Source of the DNA: an uncultured Candidatus Competibacteraceae bacterium
GTDB taxonomy: Bacteria > Bacteroidota > Bacteroidia > CAIKAF01
Assembly (NCBI GenBank): GCA_964545365.1
Contig: CAZJFM010000001.1
Span: 30,948-94,947 of the forward strand
Reading direction: 5' to 3'
DNA: 64,000 nt
Below, one piece after another: positions 9,774 through 18,592 of the stretch (within the stretch, counting starts at the first letter, position 1; each line of letters opens with the position of its first letter). A model generated the notes under the pieces. That model had not been told where the DNA came from, did no database searches, and saw only the letters and a program-made list of their open reading frames with translations. The translations under genes were made by a program, and so were the position numbers.

Positions 9774-10835
9774 TTATTTGAAGTTTACAGAATCAATTAT
9801 TTGATTAGCTTTATCATAGTCCATTGGATTCCCAATGTCTAGCCAGAAGTCTTTCATTTCGAATGGCGCAACTTTAAAACCATTTGAAAGACATTGCTCA
9901 ATTAATTCGGTAGCATCTAAGTACTTAAAGCTGTTAGCAAGTTTCCTGACTCTTTCATTCATTAAGTAGATCCCCGCATTTGCCAGATATGTGTAAGTTG
10001 GCTTTTCGGATAAGCTGGTAATTAATCCGTTTTCTAAATCAAAAATCGCATATGGAACTTTTGTAGTGTAGGGAATAGCTGCGACTACTAAATCTAACCC
10101 TTTTTCCTTAAAGCAATCATAGAAGCCCCTGAAATCCAAATTGGTTAATAAATCACTATTCATTAAAATAGTGTCTTCATAATTTAGCTTTGCATCAATA
10201 AGGTTCAAAGCTCCTGCTGTTCCTAATGGCTCCTCTTCCTTAATAAAGTTAAAATGTATATTTCCCTTGTACCTTTCTCTTAAGGATTTGATGATTTTGT
10301 CTCCTAAATACCTGATTGATATATTATAATTATCTATCCCATGTTTATTCAACCAATCTATGTTATGACAAATAATTGGTTTTTCGCCAACTTTAAGTAA
10401 GGGCTTAGGTGTGGTTAATGTATAAGGGCGCAAGCGTGATCCTTTGCCTCCTGCCATTAATAGAACGTTTACAGGCAATATCGTTTTTGTAACATTTAAA
10501 TCAATAAGTTTAACTAAAAGCTTTTCATTGTTCAATAAAGGTATAATAGTTATGTTTCTTTTCTTATAAGTTTCAAAGTCATTATAATAACTCTTTGAGC
10601 TAGTTTTAAGAAAGGCAAATTCTTTCTTCATAAAATCTTGTACTTTATCTTCCAGATTAAGGCCTGAAATTAAGCCTCTCCTTAAATCACCATCCGTTAT
10701 TGACCCGATAATTTTGTTATTTTGACTATCCTTAACAAAGAGTACTAAAGCTTTCTTATTTGAGATCCTTTCTAATTGAATTAAGGCTTCTCTTGCCGTT
10801 CGATTATTCCCTATAATATGATTATCAACAACCAT
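9774..10835 (-). CDS. CBS-domain sugar-phosphate nucleotidyltransferase (PtmE-like, GDP-sugar branch of legionaminic acid synthesis)
   Basis: A CBS pair (IGSITDGDLRRGL) is followed by the NTP-transferase motif LLMAGGKGSRLRPYT. This architecture is known from Campylobacter PtmE. Confidence 0.7.
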   Translation of the reverse strand: MVVDNHIIGNNRTAREALIQLERISNKKALVLFVKDSQNNKIIGSITDGDLRRGLISGLNLEDKVQDFMKKEFAFLKTSSKSYYNDFETYKKRNITIIPLLNNEKLLVKLIDLNVTKTILPVNVLLMAGGKGSRLRPYTLTTPKPLLKVGEKPIICHNIDWLNKHGIDNYNISIRYLGDKIIKSLRERYKGNIHFNFIKEEEPLGTAGALNLIDAKLNYEDTILMNSDLLTNLDFRGFYDCFKEKGLDLVVAAIPYTTKVPYAIFDLENGLITSLSEKPTYTYLANAGIYLMNERVRKLANSFKYLDATELIEQCLSNGFKVAPFEMKDFWLDIGNPMDYDKANQIIDSVNFK

Positions 10836-11901
10836 GGTGTATTTTTTTTAGGACTTCAATTATTTTTTTACTCGCACATTTGTCACCGTATGGGTGAGAA
10901 TTCATACTAAGACATGTGGGTGAATTCATTAGTTTTTTAACGGTATTTTGGATGAGCGTGTGGTTAAACGGTAAGTTTATGACATTTTGTCCAAAAGGTC
11001 TTCCTTTTTGCCTAATACCTACGTTAATTACCCATTTATTAAAGGCTCCTGCTTCGATTATTCCACTTGAACTATTTCCAATGATTAAGGTTGCTTTTAA
11101 GAACTCTTCCGGATACTTAGAACCTAAGTTGGGTATTATTTGAACATGTTTTGGCCATTTAATTTTTTCGATAGTTTCAATGATTTCTTCTCGACCATAA
11201 TCAGAGTTCGGATAGGTTATGATACCTTTATAACCACTTTGTAAAATTGCTTCAAAGAAATCATTAATTTCTTCTTTTGTTTGATTAATATATGGGTGTA
11301 AAGTTGCAATAAAGCACTTTTCAACATCTCTTTTTTCTTGTGCTTGAGTGGCTATTCTATAGTTGTTAAGATACTCAATACCCAATGAACCAACTGGGTA
11401 AATATTCTCATTACTTCCTGTAATACAAGATATTCGTTTCCCAAACTCTTTTGTGCTTGGAAAATGTAAGCTTGATAACCTAGTTATGAAATCTCTATAA
11501 TAGTTGTCATACGATCCTGATGTAATTTCTCCTCCGTGAATATGAGCGATTTCAAAATTGGCTAATTTAAGTGCTAATGATGCAGCAAACATTTCGTATC
11601 GATCACCAAGTGAAATGATAATATCCCAATGTTTTGATTTAGTCTGGAGAAACTCATTGAACTTATTTAAAAAGAATGCAATCTTTAGGGAGTCAGTTTT
11701 TGAATCTAATTCATCATGCTTGGTGTGTATTGTTTGTAAGCAAATAGTTTTAAATTTTATATTTTCCCAACCTTCGAAAAGAAAATGATCTCCAAATAGA
11801 ATGATTGAGGCGTTTATCCATTCTTCATTCTCAAGGGATTTAAGTAATGGAGTATAAATGTTTATGTCGGCCCTGGATGAGCTTAATATTCCTATATTCA
11901 T
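10825..11901 (-). CDS. neuC: UDP-N-acetylglucosamine 2-epimerase, hydrolysing (NeuC/LegG family)
   Basis: MNIGILSSSRADINIYTPLL, GDRYEMFAA and HIHGGE motifs typical of hydrolysing 2-epimerases. Confidence 0.8.
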   Translation of the reverse strand: MNIGILSSSRADINIYTPLLKSLENEEWINASIILFGDHFLFEGWENIKFKTICLQTIHTKHDELDSKTDSLKIAFFLNKFNEFLQTKSKHWDIIISLGDRYEMFAASLALKLANFEIAHIHGGEITSGSYDNYYRDFITRLSSLHFPSTKEFGKRISCITGSNENIYPVGSLGIEYLNNYRIATQAQEKRDVEKCFIATLHPYINQTKEEINDFFEAILQSGYKGIITYPNSDYGREEIIETIEKIKWPKHVQIIPNLGSKYPEEFLKATLIIGNSSSGIIEAGAFNKWVINVGIRQKGRPFGQNVINLPFNHTLIQNTVKKLMNSPTCLSMNSHPYGDKCASKKIIEVLKKIHHGC

Positions 11902-12911
11902 TTAAATAGAGTTAGTTTTACGGGGGCATATTTCAAAACATCTTGTTTTAGAGTTTTGCCAATTAGCGACCAATAAAGTGTTGGTGAAACTCCATTCTGG
12001 GGACGACTGACTAGAATGTCAGTTTCAGTAATAATCTTTCCTTTAGGTATAGACTTTGAAAAGTAAAGGCCTTTTCTTGCATGGTTTATATTTTCTAATT
12101 CTGTTGGACTTGGTTTAATTGTTTGATTGCCCATTAATTGTTCTGCTAATCGAATTTTAGAGACGTAATCTTTTAATTCATTCGGCTCTAAAGATGATTT
12201 ATGGTCTGGTCCTTTTAATTCTCTGCTAAGGGTAAAGTGCTTTTCAACAATTGAAATGCCAATTGCAACAGCCATCATTACACTGTAATAACCTTGTGTA
12301 TGGTCAGACAAACCTACCTTGCAGGGAAGTATTTCTTTTAACCTAAATATTTGGGAAAGATTGACTTCACTTGACGGAGTTGGATAAGCCGTTGTGCATT
12401 GCAAAAACGTAGCTTTACTCGGTGCGAATTTCAATTTGTTAAACAGAAAGTCTGAGGTTTCAATTATTTCTTTTTCTGAGGTCATTCCGGTTGATAAAAT
12501 TAAACCAATGTTTTTTTCTGCTGCATGTTTTATGAGGTGAAAATTATTGAAATCTCCTGAAGATAGTTTGACTTTTTTAACGCCTATTGAATTGAGGAAA
12601 TGAAGTGAATCAATGTCAAACGGAGTTGATATGAATTCAATGTTTATGTTTTCACAATGCCTTTTAATTTCTTCAAAATCTTCAAATTTGAGTTCTAGAC
12701 TTTTTAAAAGTTTAAATTGCGAACTTCGCCCTGTTTCTTTCTTTTGATAGGGTGCTGATAAGGCGTCTTTCAGGACTAAATTTTCTGTTTTAAAAGTTTG
12801 AAATTTCACGGCATCCGACCCGGCCTCCTTTGCATAGTCAACTAGTTTTAAGGCGTTACTTAAACTCCCATTATGGTTGATACCTGCTTCGGCAATTACA
12901 AATGTGTTCAT
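11898..12911 (-). CDS. neuB: N-acetylneuraminate/legionaminate synthase (NeuB/LegI family)
   Basis: N-terminal FVIAEAGINHNGSL...AVKFQTF TIM-barrel signature of NeuB-family aldolase-type synthases. Confidence 0.85.
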   Translation of the reverse strand: MNTFVIAEAGINHNGSLSNALKLVDYAKEAGSDAVKFQTFKTENLVLKDALSAPYQKKETGRSSQFKLLKSLELKFEDFEEIKRHCENINIEFISTPFDIDSLHFLNSIGVKKVKLSSGDFNNFHLIKHAAEKNIGLILSTGMTSEKEIIETSDFLFNKLKFAPSKATFLQCTTAYPTPSSEVNLSQIFRLKEILPCKVGLSDHTQGYYSVMMAVAIGISIVEKHFTLSRELKGPDHKSSLEPNELKDYVSKIRLAEQLMGNQTIKPSPTELENINHARKGLYFSKSIPKGKIITETDILVSRPQNGVSPTLYWSLIGKTLKQDVLKYAPVKLTLFK

Positions 12912-12920
12912 TTTTTACTT

Positions 12921-14087
12921 TTATCTTTTCACTGAACTTGGTAAATTCAATGCTACTTTTGATAACTGCATTGTGTTACTCAATTCTTGGAAGATTAGAC
13001 TCTTTTCTTTGACATACTTAAATGTATGCGCTGGTTGCCAAGGAGGGCGGACCATAATATTTGCATCGATACATGTTTTTATATTGTGTGCTCTTTCTCT
13101 TTCATTTTCAAAAATAACGGTGTTGAGCCAGTAATTTGAAATTGTTCCTTCTTTCGCAGTTAAAACATAGCCTGGGAATTTTATTGCTTTAAGAGTTTCT
13201 AAGTAATATTTATGTAACTTCTGTTTTTCAGAAATTAGAAATGGTAGTTTTTTTAGTTGTGCTACCAATAATGAGGCATTTAAATTGGGAAGTCTGTAAT
13301 TATAGCCTAGTTGATCATGATAATACTCAATTGGATCTGGAAGTTTTGCTTGGTTTGACAAATGTTTGATTTTCTTGGCTGTTTCTTCATCCTTAGTTAA
13401 TACCATTCCCCCTGAACCCGATGTAATGATTTTGTTACCGTTAAATGATAGAACGCCCATATCTCCAATAGTTCCTAGGTGTTGAGTGCCAATTTTTGAT
13501 CCTAATGATTCTGCTGCATCTTCGATGAGCTTAATATTGTATTTATGACATAAATCCCTAATAAGGAAAGCGTCTCCAGGTATGCCAAAGCTATACATTG
13601 GGATGCAAGCTTTAATTATTTTATTTGTGGTTATGTGTTTTGTACCCTCTTCTGTAATAATGCATTCGGTTTCTAAGAATTCTTGTAGCTTTTCGGGTGA
13701 AAGGCATAAATTCTTCCAATCAATGTCAATAAACAATGGTGTAGCCTTGCAGTATAAGATAGAGTTAATCGTTGCAATAAATGTGAAGCTTTGAGTGAGT
13801 ACAATATCACCTTCGGCAATATTCCCAGCAATCAATGATAAGTGTAAAGCGGCTGTACCAGAGTAGACTGGTACTGCAAATGTTACATCGCAATACGTAG
13901 ATAACATTGTAGCTGTCAGCTCCACATTGGGTCCAACGGAGGATACATAAGTAGAGTTAATACAATTTATCAACTCATCCTCCTCGTCTTGGTTGAAGTA
14001 GGGTTCATGGAGTAGAATCTGTTTATCCTCGCTAACCTGAAACCAATCTCTTATTACTTTAGGAAGTTTTATATTGTTAGATTCCAT
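12921..14087 (-). CDS. DegT/DnrJ/EryC1/StrS-family PLP-dependent sugar aminotransferase (LegC/PseC-like)
   Basis: Fold-type I aminotransferase pattern with the PLP-lysine region SFNGNKIITSG and DAAESLGS. Confidence 0.85.
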   Translation of the reverse strand: MESNNIKLPKVIRDWFQVSEDKQILLHEPYFNQDEEDELINCINSTYVSSVGPNVELTATMLSTYCDVTFAVPVYSGTAALHLSLIAGNIAEGDIVLTQSFTFIATINSILYCKATPLFIDIDWKNLCLSPEKLQEFLETECIITEEGTKHITTNKIIKACIPMYSFGIPGDAFLIRDLCHKYNIKLIEDAAESLGSKIGTQHLGTIGDMGVLSFNGNKIITSGSGGMVLTKDEETAKKIKHLSNQAKLPDPIEYYHDQLGYNYRLPNLNASLLVAQLKKLPFLISEKQKLHKYYLETLKAIKFPGYVLTAKEGTISNYWLNTVIFENERERAHNIKTCIDANIMVRPPWQPAHTFKYVKEKSLIFQELSNTMQLSKVALNLPSSVKR

Positions 14088-14977
14088 TTTTCATCTTTTG
14101 TGTAAGCATCTATATAAGAGTTCTGTGTTGTATTGATAACTACTGCCCCCTTCTTTTGAATGAGAATTTTTAAATCATGGTATCCTTTAAAGGTCAAATA
14201 AAGTTTTTTAAATTGCTCGTGAAGCAAAAAGTCAGTCCCATCAAGCTTTTCAACTGTGTTGTTTTTTGATTGCCAAAATGCATGTTTGTAGGATGTTCTT
14301 AATCTGTTATTGTCCAAAGAAATGTGTTTATGCCAGTCGTGATCAGTTCCAAATAGAAAGATTTGCTTAAACTTAAGCATAAGACTTAGGTAAATCGCAG
14401 CAACTAGTGTGTTATGAATACGTGGTGTGCCCAATCCCTTGTTCCAGAAATAATAGTTTATTATTTCTGACCCATCTACAGGTACTTGGTTAAAGAATTT
14501 TATTTCTAGATTCGGATTTTGCGAAATCTCTTTAATAAAGGTTTTTTTAGTGGCAAGCTGTGGAAGAAAAATATACATTTTCCAAGTCACCTTCATTAGG
14601 TTTTCGATAGTTTCCTTTTGGAGTTTTTGATATTTATCACTTACATTATCGGACCAGTATTCGTTGGCCTGTAACAAATGGATTTCAGGCTTCCATCTCC
14701 AAAACGCATCCGCTTTATAGAATTGATTAATTGTTAGTAACTTTACTTTATGGCGATTCTCGTTTATTTTATTTTCTTGGTGTTTAAGTGAGGGCCCATT
14801 TCCCAATATGAATAATGGGCTTTGTGAGTGTTCAAACTCTTTACTTAGCTTTTCATAATTGTGCTTTGCGTATTTTTGCTTTGCTAAATACAAAACTTTT
14901 AAAGCACTCAAAAAATCCTTGTGAACCATCTTTATCGCCATCAAAACAAAATTAGAAAGAATGTTTGGAAGGTTCAT
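14069..14977 (-). CDS. GT42-like sialyltransferase / nonulosonic-acid transferase (CstII-like)
   Basis: GNGPSLK followed by INQFY matches the Campylobacter CstII N-terminal motifs (AGNGPSLK...CNQFYFED). A later IFLFGTDHDW resembles the CstII catalytic-His region. The gene sits next to the CMP-sugar pathway. Confidence 0.5.
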   Translation of the reverse strand: MNLPNILSNFVLMAIKMVHKDFLSALKVLYLAKQKYAKHNYEKLSKEFEHSQSPLFILGNGPSLKHQENKINENRHKVKLLTINQFYKADAFWRWKPEIHLLQANEYWSDNVSDKYQKLQKETIENLMKVTWKMYIFLPQLATKKTFIKEISQNPNLEIKFFNQVPVDGSEIINYYFWNKGLGTPRIHNTLVAAIYLSLMLKFKQIFLFGTDHDWHKHISLDNNRLRTSYKHAFWQSKNNTVEKLDGTDFLLHEQFKKLYLTFKGYHDLKILIQKKGAVVINTTQNSYIDAYTKDEKWNLTI

Positions 14978-14983
14978 GTATTG

Positions 14984-17797
14984 ATGGACCTTCCCATAAT
15001 GTTTTTAATGATTTGCTTTTTTCAAGGTAGCATATTTACACCTTTATTTTCTCAATCAATAGACCTTTTAAATAGTAAACTCGCTGATGAAGAAGTCTAT
15101 GATTTACATGAACCTATTGCAGGCGAGTTGCTTTTAATGACTTCCAGAGGTTTAGTGCATGCGAAAAGGAGAAATTCTATTCAATTGGACGTAAGGCGCT
15201 ACTATGAAGGATTTCAGTTTTGGGAGGCATATGAAGATTCAACAGGGGTCTTGTGGTTAATTGGGAATAATCCCTATTTAATTCGATTTACACATAGTGG
15301 CGTTTCAAAAGTTTCCGTAGTGAATAGTGATGGTCAATTCCCATTTGGTTCATTTGGCCTAGGCGTTGTTTCAGGGCCAGTGGGAGAACTCTATCTACCC
15401 ACAGTTACTGGAAACCTTTCTTTGCTTGGTGATCGAAAGGACTTTTTTGAATCAATACGTTTTTTGAGTGAAAAGGCTCGGTTACTGCATCTAAATGATA
15501 CGATTGTTGTTGCTCCTTTGTATATATTCAATAAAAAGGATTCTAGTATTTTACAATTTGCAGATGCTCCTCCTCGGTCATCTAGAAACTATGTAATGTT
15601 TCAAAGTTTAGAGGGTATTTATGTTACCCATACTTTTCACCCTAATGAAGTGTGGTTTATTTCAAGGGAGACCGCTGATCCTCAATCAATTTCTTTAAGT
15701 GTGATTCCTGAATTAAAAGATGGTTTAATCTTTTTAGGGCATTTTTATAATCGACTTTGGTTTAGGAGTAGCAATTCATTGTTGTGGTTTGATATGCATG
15801 GAGAGTTTGGGGGCAAGTACCATCTCCCTTTTAGATTTCAACCAACGAAACTAGTTCCTTCTTTGGGGGGCGGGCTTTGGGTTCTAAGTCTAAATCATGG
15901 AATTCAACATATCAGTTTGACAGAATTAAGAGGTGATCAATATACAGGGGAAGGGGTACTTTCAACAGAAATTAATCTATTGAATGGCCTTGGTGCAGTT
16001 ACTCACGATAGGGAAAGTAAAGAAGTTGCAGTATTCAGGGGTAATCAGAGAACAAAAAAGTTTAATTATAAGCAAGAACTTCCTAAGCTTTGGGAATCTG
16101 AAGTTGTTTATTTATTTAACCAAGTTTTTATTGCATCAGAGGAGTGGTTGTTATTGGGGGATGGGGGGGCAACAACCTCTTATGAGTCATTGAGGGTGAA
16201 CCCAAGGTATATTGAGACAGAGGATAGCATTGGTGTTATGTTGACTTACAAGGGTACTTTTGGGTTGACACTTTGTCCTAATGGTACAATATCTTCGTAC
16301 AAGATATCCCCGAATACTTTTGGTAAGGCATCTTTGGGTGGAAATGGGATTTTTTTGTCTAATAATTCTGGTCTTTGGTTTTCGGAACAATCCGGAACCA
16401 AATTTCTTCCCGCAGAAAGATTAAGTGAAGAGCCCGTTAATTTTATGGGGTCTTTAAATGGAGTGACTTTTTTCCAAATGAAGGGGGGGGGGTGTTTTGT
16501 CTCAAATGGTAAAGAGCTTGTTAACCTCAATATTAGGTTGGGAGAGGTCGTCAAGTGTTTTGGTTATTCAAAACGCATTAGGGGATATTATGTGATTACA
16601 TCTAATACAATTTACCGCCTAAAGAGAATAAACAAAAATGTTTTTGTTAGGGAAGAATCTTCTTTCTTGGCCTCAATTTCAGGAATCGTAAAAGATGCAA
16701 CTATTGTAGACGATGAAGTCTTCCTTATTCGCCAAAATCATAGAGGAGAAAGTTTATGGTCATTTAGTTTGGAAGACCTATTTATTGCGGTTAAAGGTGA
16801 ATCTCATACTACTAACTTAGAAGGAGAATATATTATTCCTGAAGAGAATCCAGTATTAAATCTCTCTTTGGGAACAAACGCAATGCTTACAATGGATTCA
16901 GTTCATTTCATGTGGAGGTTGGACGGTGTTAGTAATGAGTGGAAAAGCTTTGATGGGTCTTCCATTGACTTTACCGGTTTCAAGCCTGGGAGTTTTCGTA
17001 TTTCAGTTGTCCAGCATTTTGCAAGGCATGAAATCGATAAGGACTCTTTTATAGTCCATATAACAAGACCATTTTACCAAACGCCAGCTTTCTGGGTAAT
17101 AAGTTTGTCATTATTTATTTTAATATTGACGCTTCTATTGGTTTGGAAGATTAAATCTTATGCCATTAAAGCACAGCTCGAGCTGCGTTTAATGCAGCTG
17201 GACCGTAAAGTTTTTGGCAGCAGGCTGAATGCTCATTTTGTTTTTAATACACTAAATAATTTAAAAGGGCTAGTTGAAAGTAGAAGAGCTGAGGAGGCTT
17301 CTTTTTACTTAACAAAGTTTTCAAAGGTTTTGCGCAGTTTTCTTGAGCAAACCTTTTCTGACGCAACTCCCGTTAGCAAGGAGGTTCATTTTTTATTGGA
17401 TTACCTCAGCTTAGAACATATGAGATTTCCTGGAGCATTTGAATTTACGATACGTTCTGGAGAGGATGTCTCGGAGCTTGAATTCCCAAGTGGGATTGTT
17501 CAGCCTTTTGTTGAGAATTGCTTCAAACATGCCATTTTAAAGAGGCCAAATGGTGGTGGCCATATTGATATTGTTTTTTATAGGTCAGACTCCAACGGGG
17601 TTTGTGTTGAAATTTCCGATAATGGCCCTGATAATAATAGCCAGCCAATAAAGGAGTCAGATTTTTCAGGTAGAGGGCTTCAAATCATTAAGGAGCACCT
17701 AGAGCTTTTGCGAAAGTTAAAAAGGTGGGATGTTCATTTTCAAACTGAATTTCATTGCACTGGATCGAAAATCACTATCTTAGCGAAAAAAATGTAA
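14984..17797 (+). CDS. Sensor histidine kinase, LytS/YehU type (PF06580 His_kinase + HATPase), with a roughly 700-aa extracytoplasmic sensor domain
   Basis: A signal-like N-terminus (MDLPIMFLMICFF) and a large sensor domain precede a single TM helix (AFWVISLSLFILILTLLLVW). LytS-family motifs NAHFVFNTLNNL and LEHMRF and the ATPase G-box (GRGLQII) follow. A G10 tract lies in-frame at 16491-16500. Confidence 0.8.
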   Translation: MDLPIMFLMICFFQGSIFTPLFSQSIDLLNSKLADEEVYDLHEPIAGELLLMTSRGLVHAKRRNSIQLDVRRYYEGFQFWEAYEDSTGVLWLIGNNPYLIRFTHSGVSKVSVVNSDGQFPFGSFGLGVVSGPVGELYLPTVTGNLSLLGDRKDFFESIRFLSEKARLLHLNDTIVVAPLYIFNKKDSSILQFADAPPRSSRNYVMFQSLEGIYVTHTFHPNEVWFISRETADPQSISLSVIPELKDGLIFLGHFYNRLWFRSSNSLLWFDMHGEFGGKYHLPFRFQPTKLVPSLGGGLWVLSLNHGIQHISLTELRGDQYTGEGVLSTEINLLNGLGAVTHDRESKEVAVFRGNQRTKKFNYKQELPKLWESEVVYLFNQVFIASEEWLLLGDGGATTSYESLRVNPRYIETEDSIGVMLTYKGTFGLTLCPNGTISSYKISPNTFGKASLGGNGIFLSNNSGLWFSEQSGTKFLPAERLSEEPVNFMGSLNGVTFFQMKGGGCFVSNGKELVNLNIRLGEVVKCFGYSKRIRGYYVITSNTIYRLKRINKNVFVREESSFLASISGIVKDATIVDDEVFLIRQNHRGESLWSFSLEDLFIAVKGESHTTNLEGEYIIPEENPVLNLSLGTNAMLTMDSVHFMWRLDGVSNEWKSFDGSSIDFTGFKPGSFRISVVQHFARHEIDKDSFIVHITRPFYQTPAFWVISLSLFILILTLLLVWKIKSYAIKAQLELRLMQLDRKVFGSRLNAHFVFNTLNNLKGLVESRRAEEASFYLTKFSKVLRSFLEQTFSDATPVSKEVHFLLDYLSLEHMRFPGAFEFTIRSGEDVSELEFPSGIVQPFVENCFKHAILKRPNGGGHIDIVFYRSDSNGVCVEISDNGPDNNSQPIKESDFSGRGLQIIKEHLELLRKLKRWDVHFQTEFHCTGSKITILAKKM
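16491..16500 (+). repeat. G10 homopolymeric tract inside the sensor-kinase coding sequence (a G5+G7 pair also lies at 16156-16169)
   Basis: Read directly: aag ggg ggg ggg tgt encodes K-G-G-G-C, in frame with the kinase ORF. Confidence 0.9.
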
Positions 17798-18531
17798 TGA
17801 AGATAATTGCTGTAGATGATGAGCAGCTGGCGCTTACTCAGCTGAGTAAAGTTTTTGAACTTGTTGACGTACAGGTAGTAGAACTTGATCTTGAATCCAA
17901 TCCCTTAAAAGCGATATCTAGGATAAAATCAAATAGCTATGATATAGCTTTATTGGATATCGAGATTGGTGCTGTATCAGGTTTTGACCTGATGGAAGAA
18001 ATTAAGGGAGATGTGAAAAAGATCGTTATAACCACAGCTTATGAGAATTATGCGATAAGGGCTTTACGTGAAAGAGTCTATGATTACCTTTTAAAACCTG
18101 TTGAGATAGATGATTTGAACGGGATGCTAAACAACTATTTAGAAGAAACCGCCCCAAATTCTTCTAAATCAAAAGGTAAACAAAGGATGATTTGTACGAT
18201 ACCTGTTCCTAGTGGAAAACTGTCTATTCCCTCTCTAAGCGGTTTTCGACTTATAGACTTAATGGATATCACCTATATTGAATCAGAGAACACTTATTCA
18301 AAACTTCATTTTAAAGATGGAGGCAGTCTTTGGGTTACAAAACACCTCAAGGAGTTTGATAGTGAGCTGTCAAACAATGGATTTTTTCGAATTCACCAAT
18401 CTTTCTTAATAAACCTCGCTTATGTTACAGGTTTCAACAGGGTTGAAGGTGCTAAAGTCGAGCTTTTAAATAGTATTCAATTGCCTGTAGCTCGCCGCAA
18501 GAAAGACGAGTTTCTTTCCTGCTTTAAATGA
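17797..18531 (+). CDS. LytTR-family two-component response regulator
   Basis: Receiver domain (MKIIAVDDEQLAL...LLDIEIG) plus a C-terminal LytTR DNA-binding domain. The start overlaps the kinase stop in a TAATG junction. Confidence 0.85.
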   Translation: MKIIAVDDEQLALTQLSKVFELVDVQVVELDLESNPLKAISRIKSNSYDIALLDIEIGAVSGFDLMEEIKGDVKKIVITTAYENYAIRALRERVYDYLLKPVEIDDLNGMLNNYLEETAPNSSKSKGKQRMICTIPVPSGKLSIPSLSGFRLIDLMDITYIESENTYSKLHFKDGGSLWVTKHLKEFDSELSNNGFFRIHQSFLINLAYVTGFNRVEGAKVELLNSIQLPVARRKKDEFLSCFK

Positions 18532-18592
18532 CCAAATTCTTCTTGGTTGAGGAGTTACTTCAATCTTTCAATTGCTTTTGATAATTTTGAAT

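Noticed and set aside
18532-18592. TAATTTTG motif 4 bp upstream of the adhesin paralog 1 ATG as a -7 promoter box
   Set aside because: It is too close to the start codon for a normal leader. Either the true start is downstream or the motif is coincidental, so it is not annotated as a promoter.
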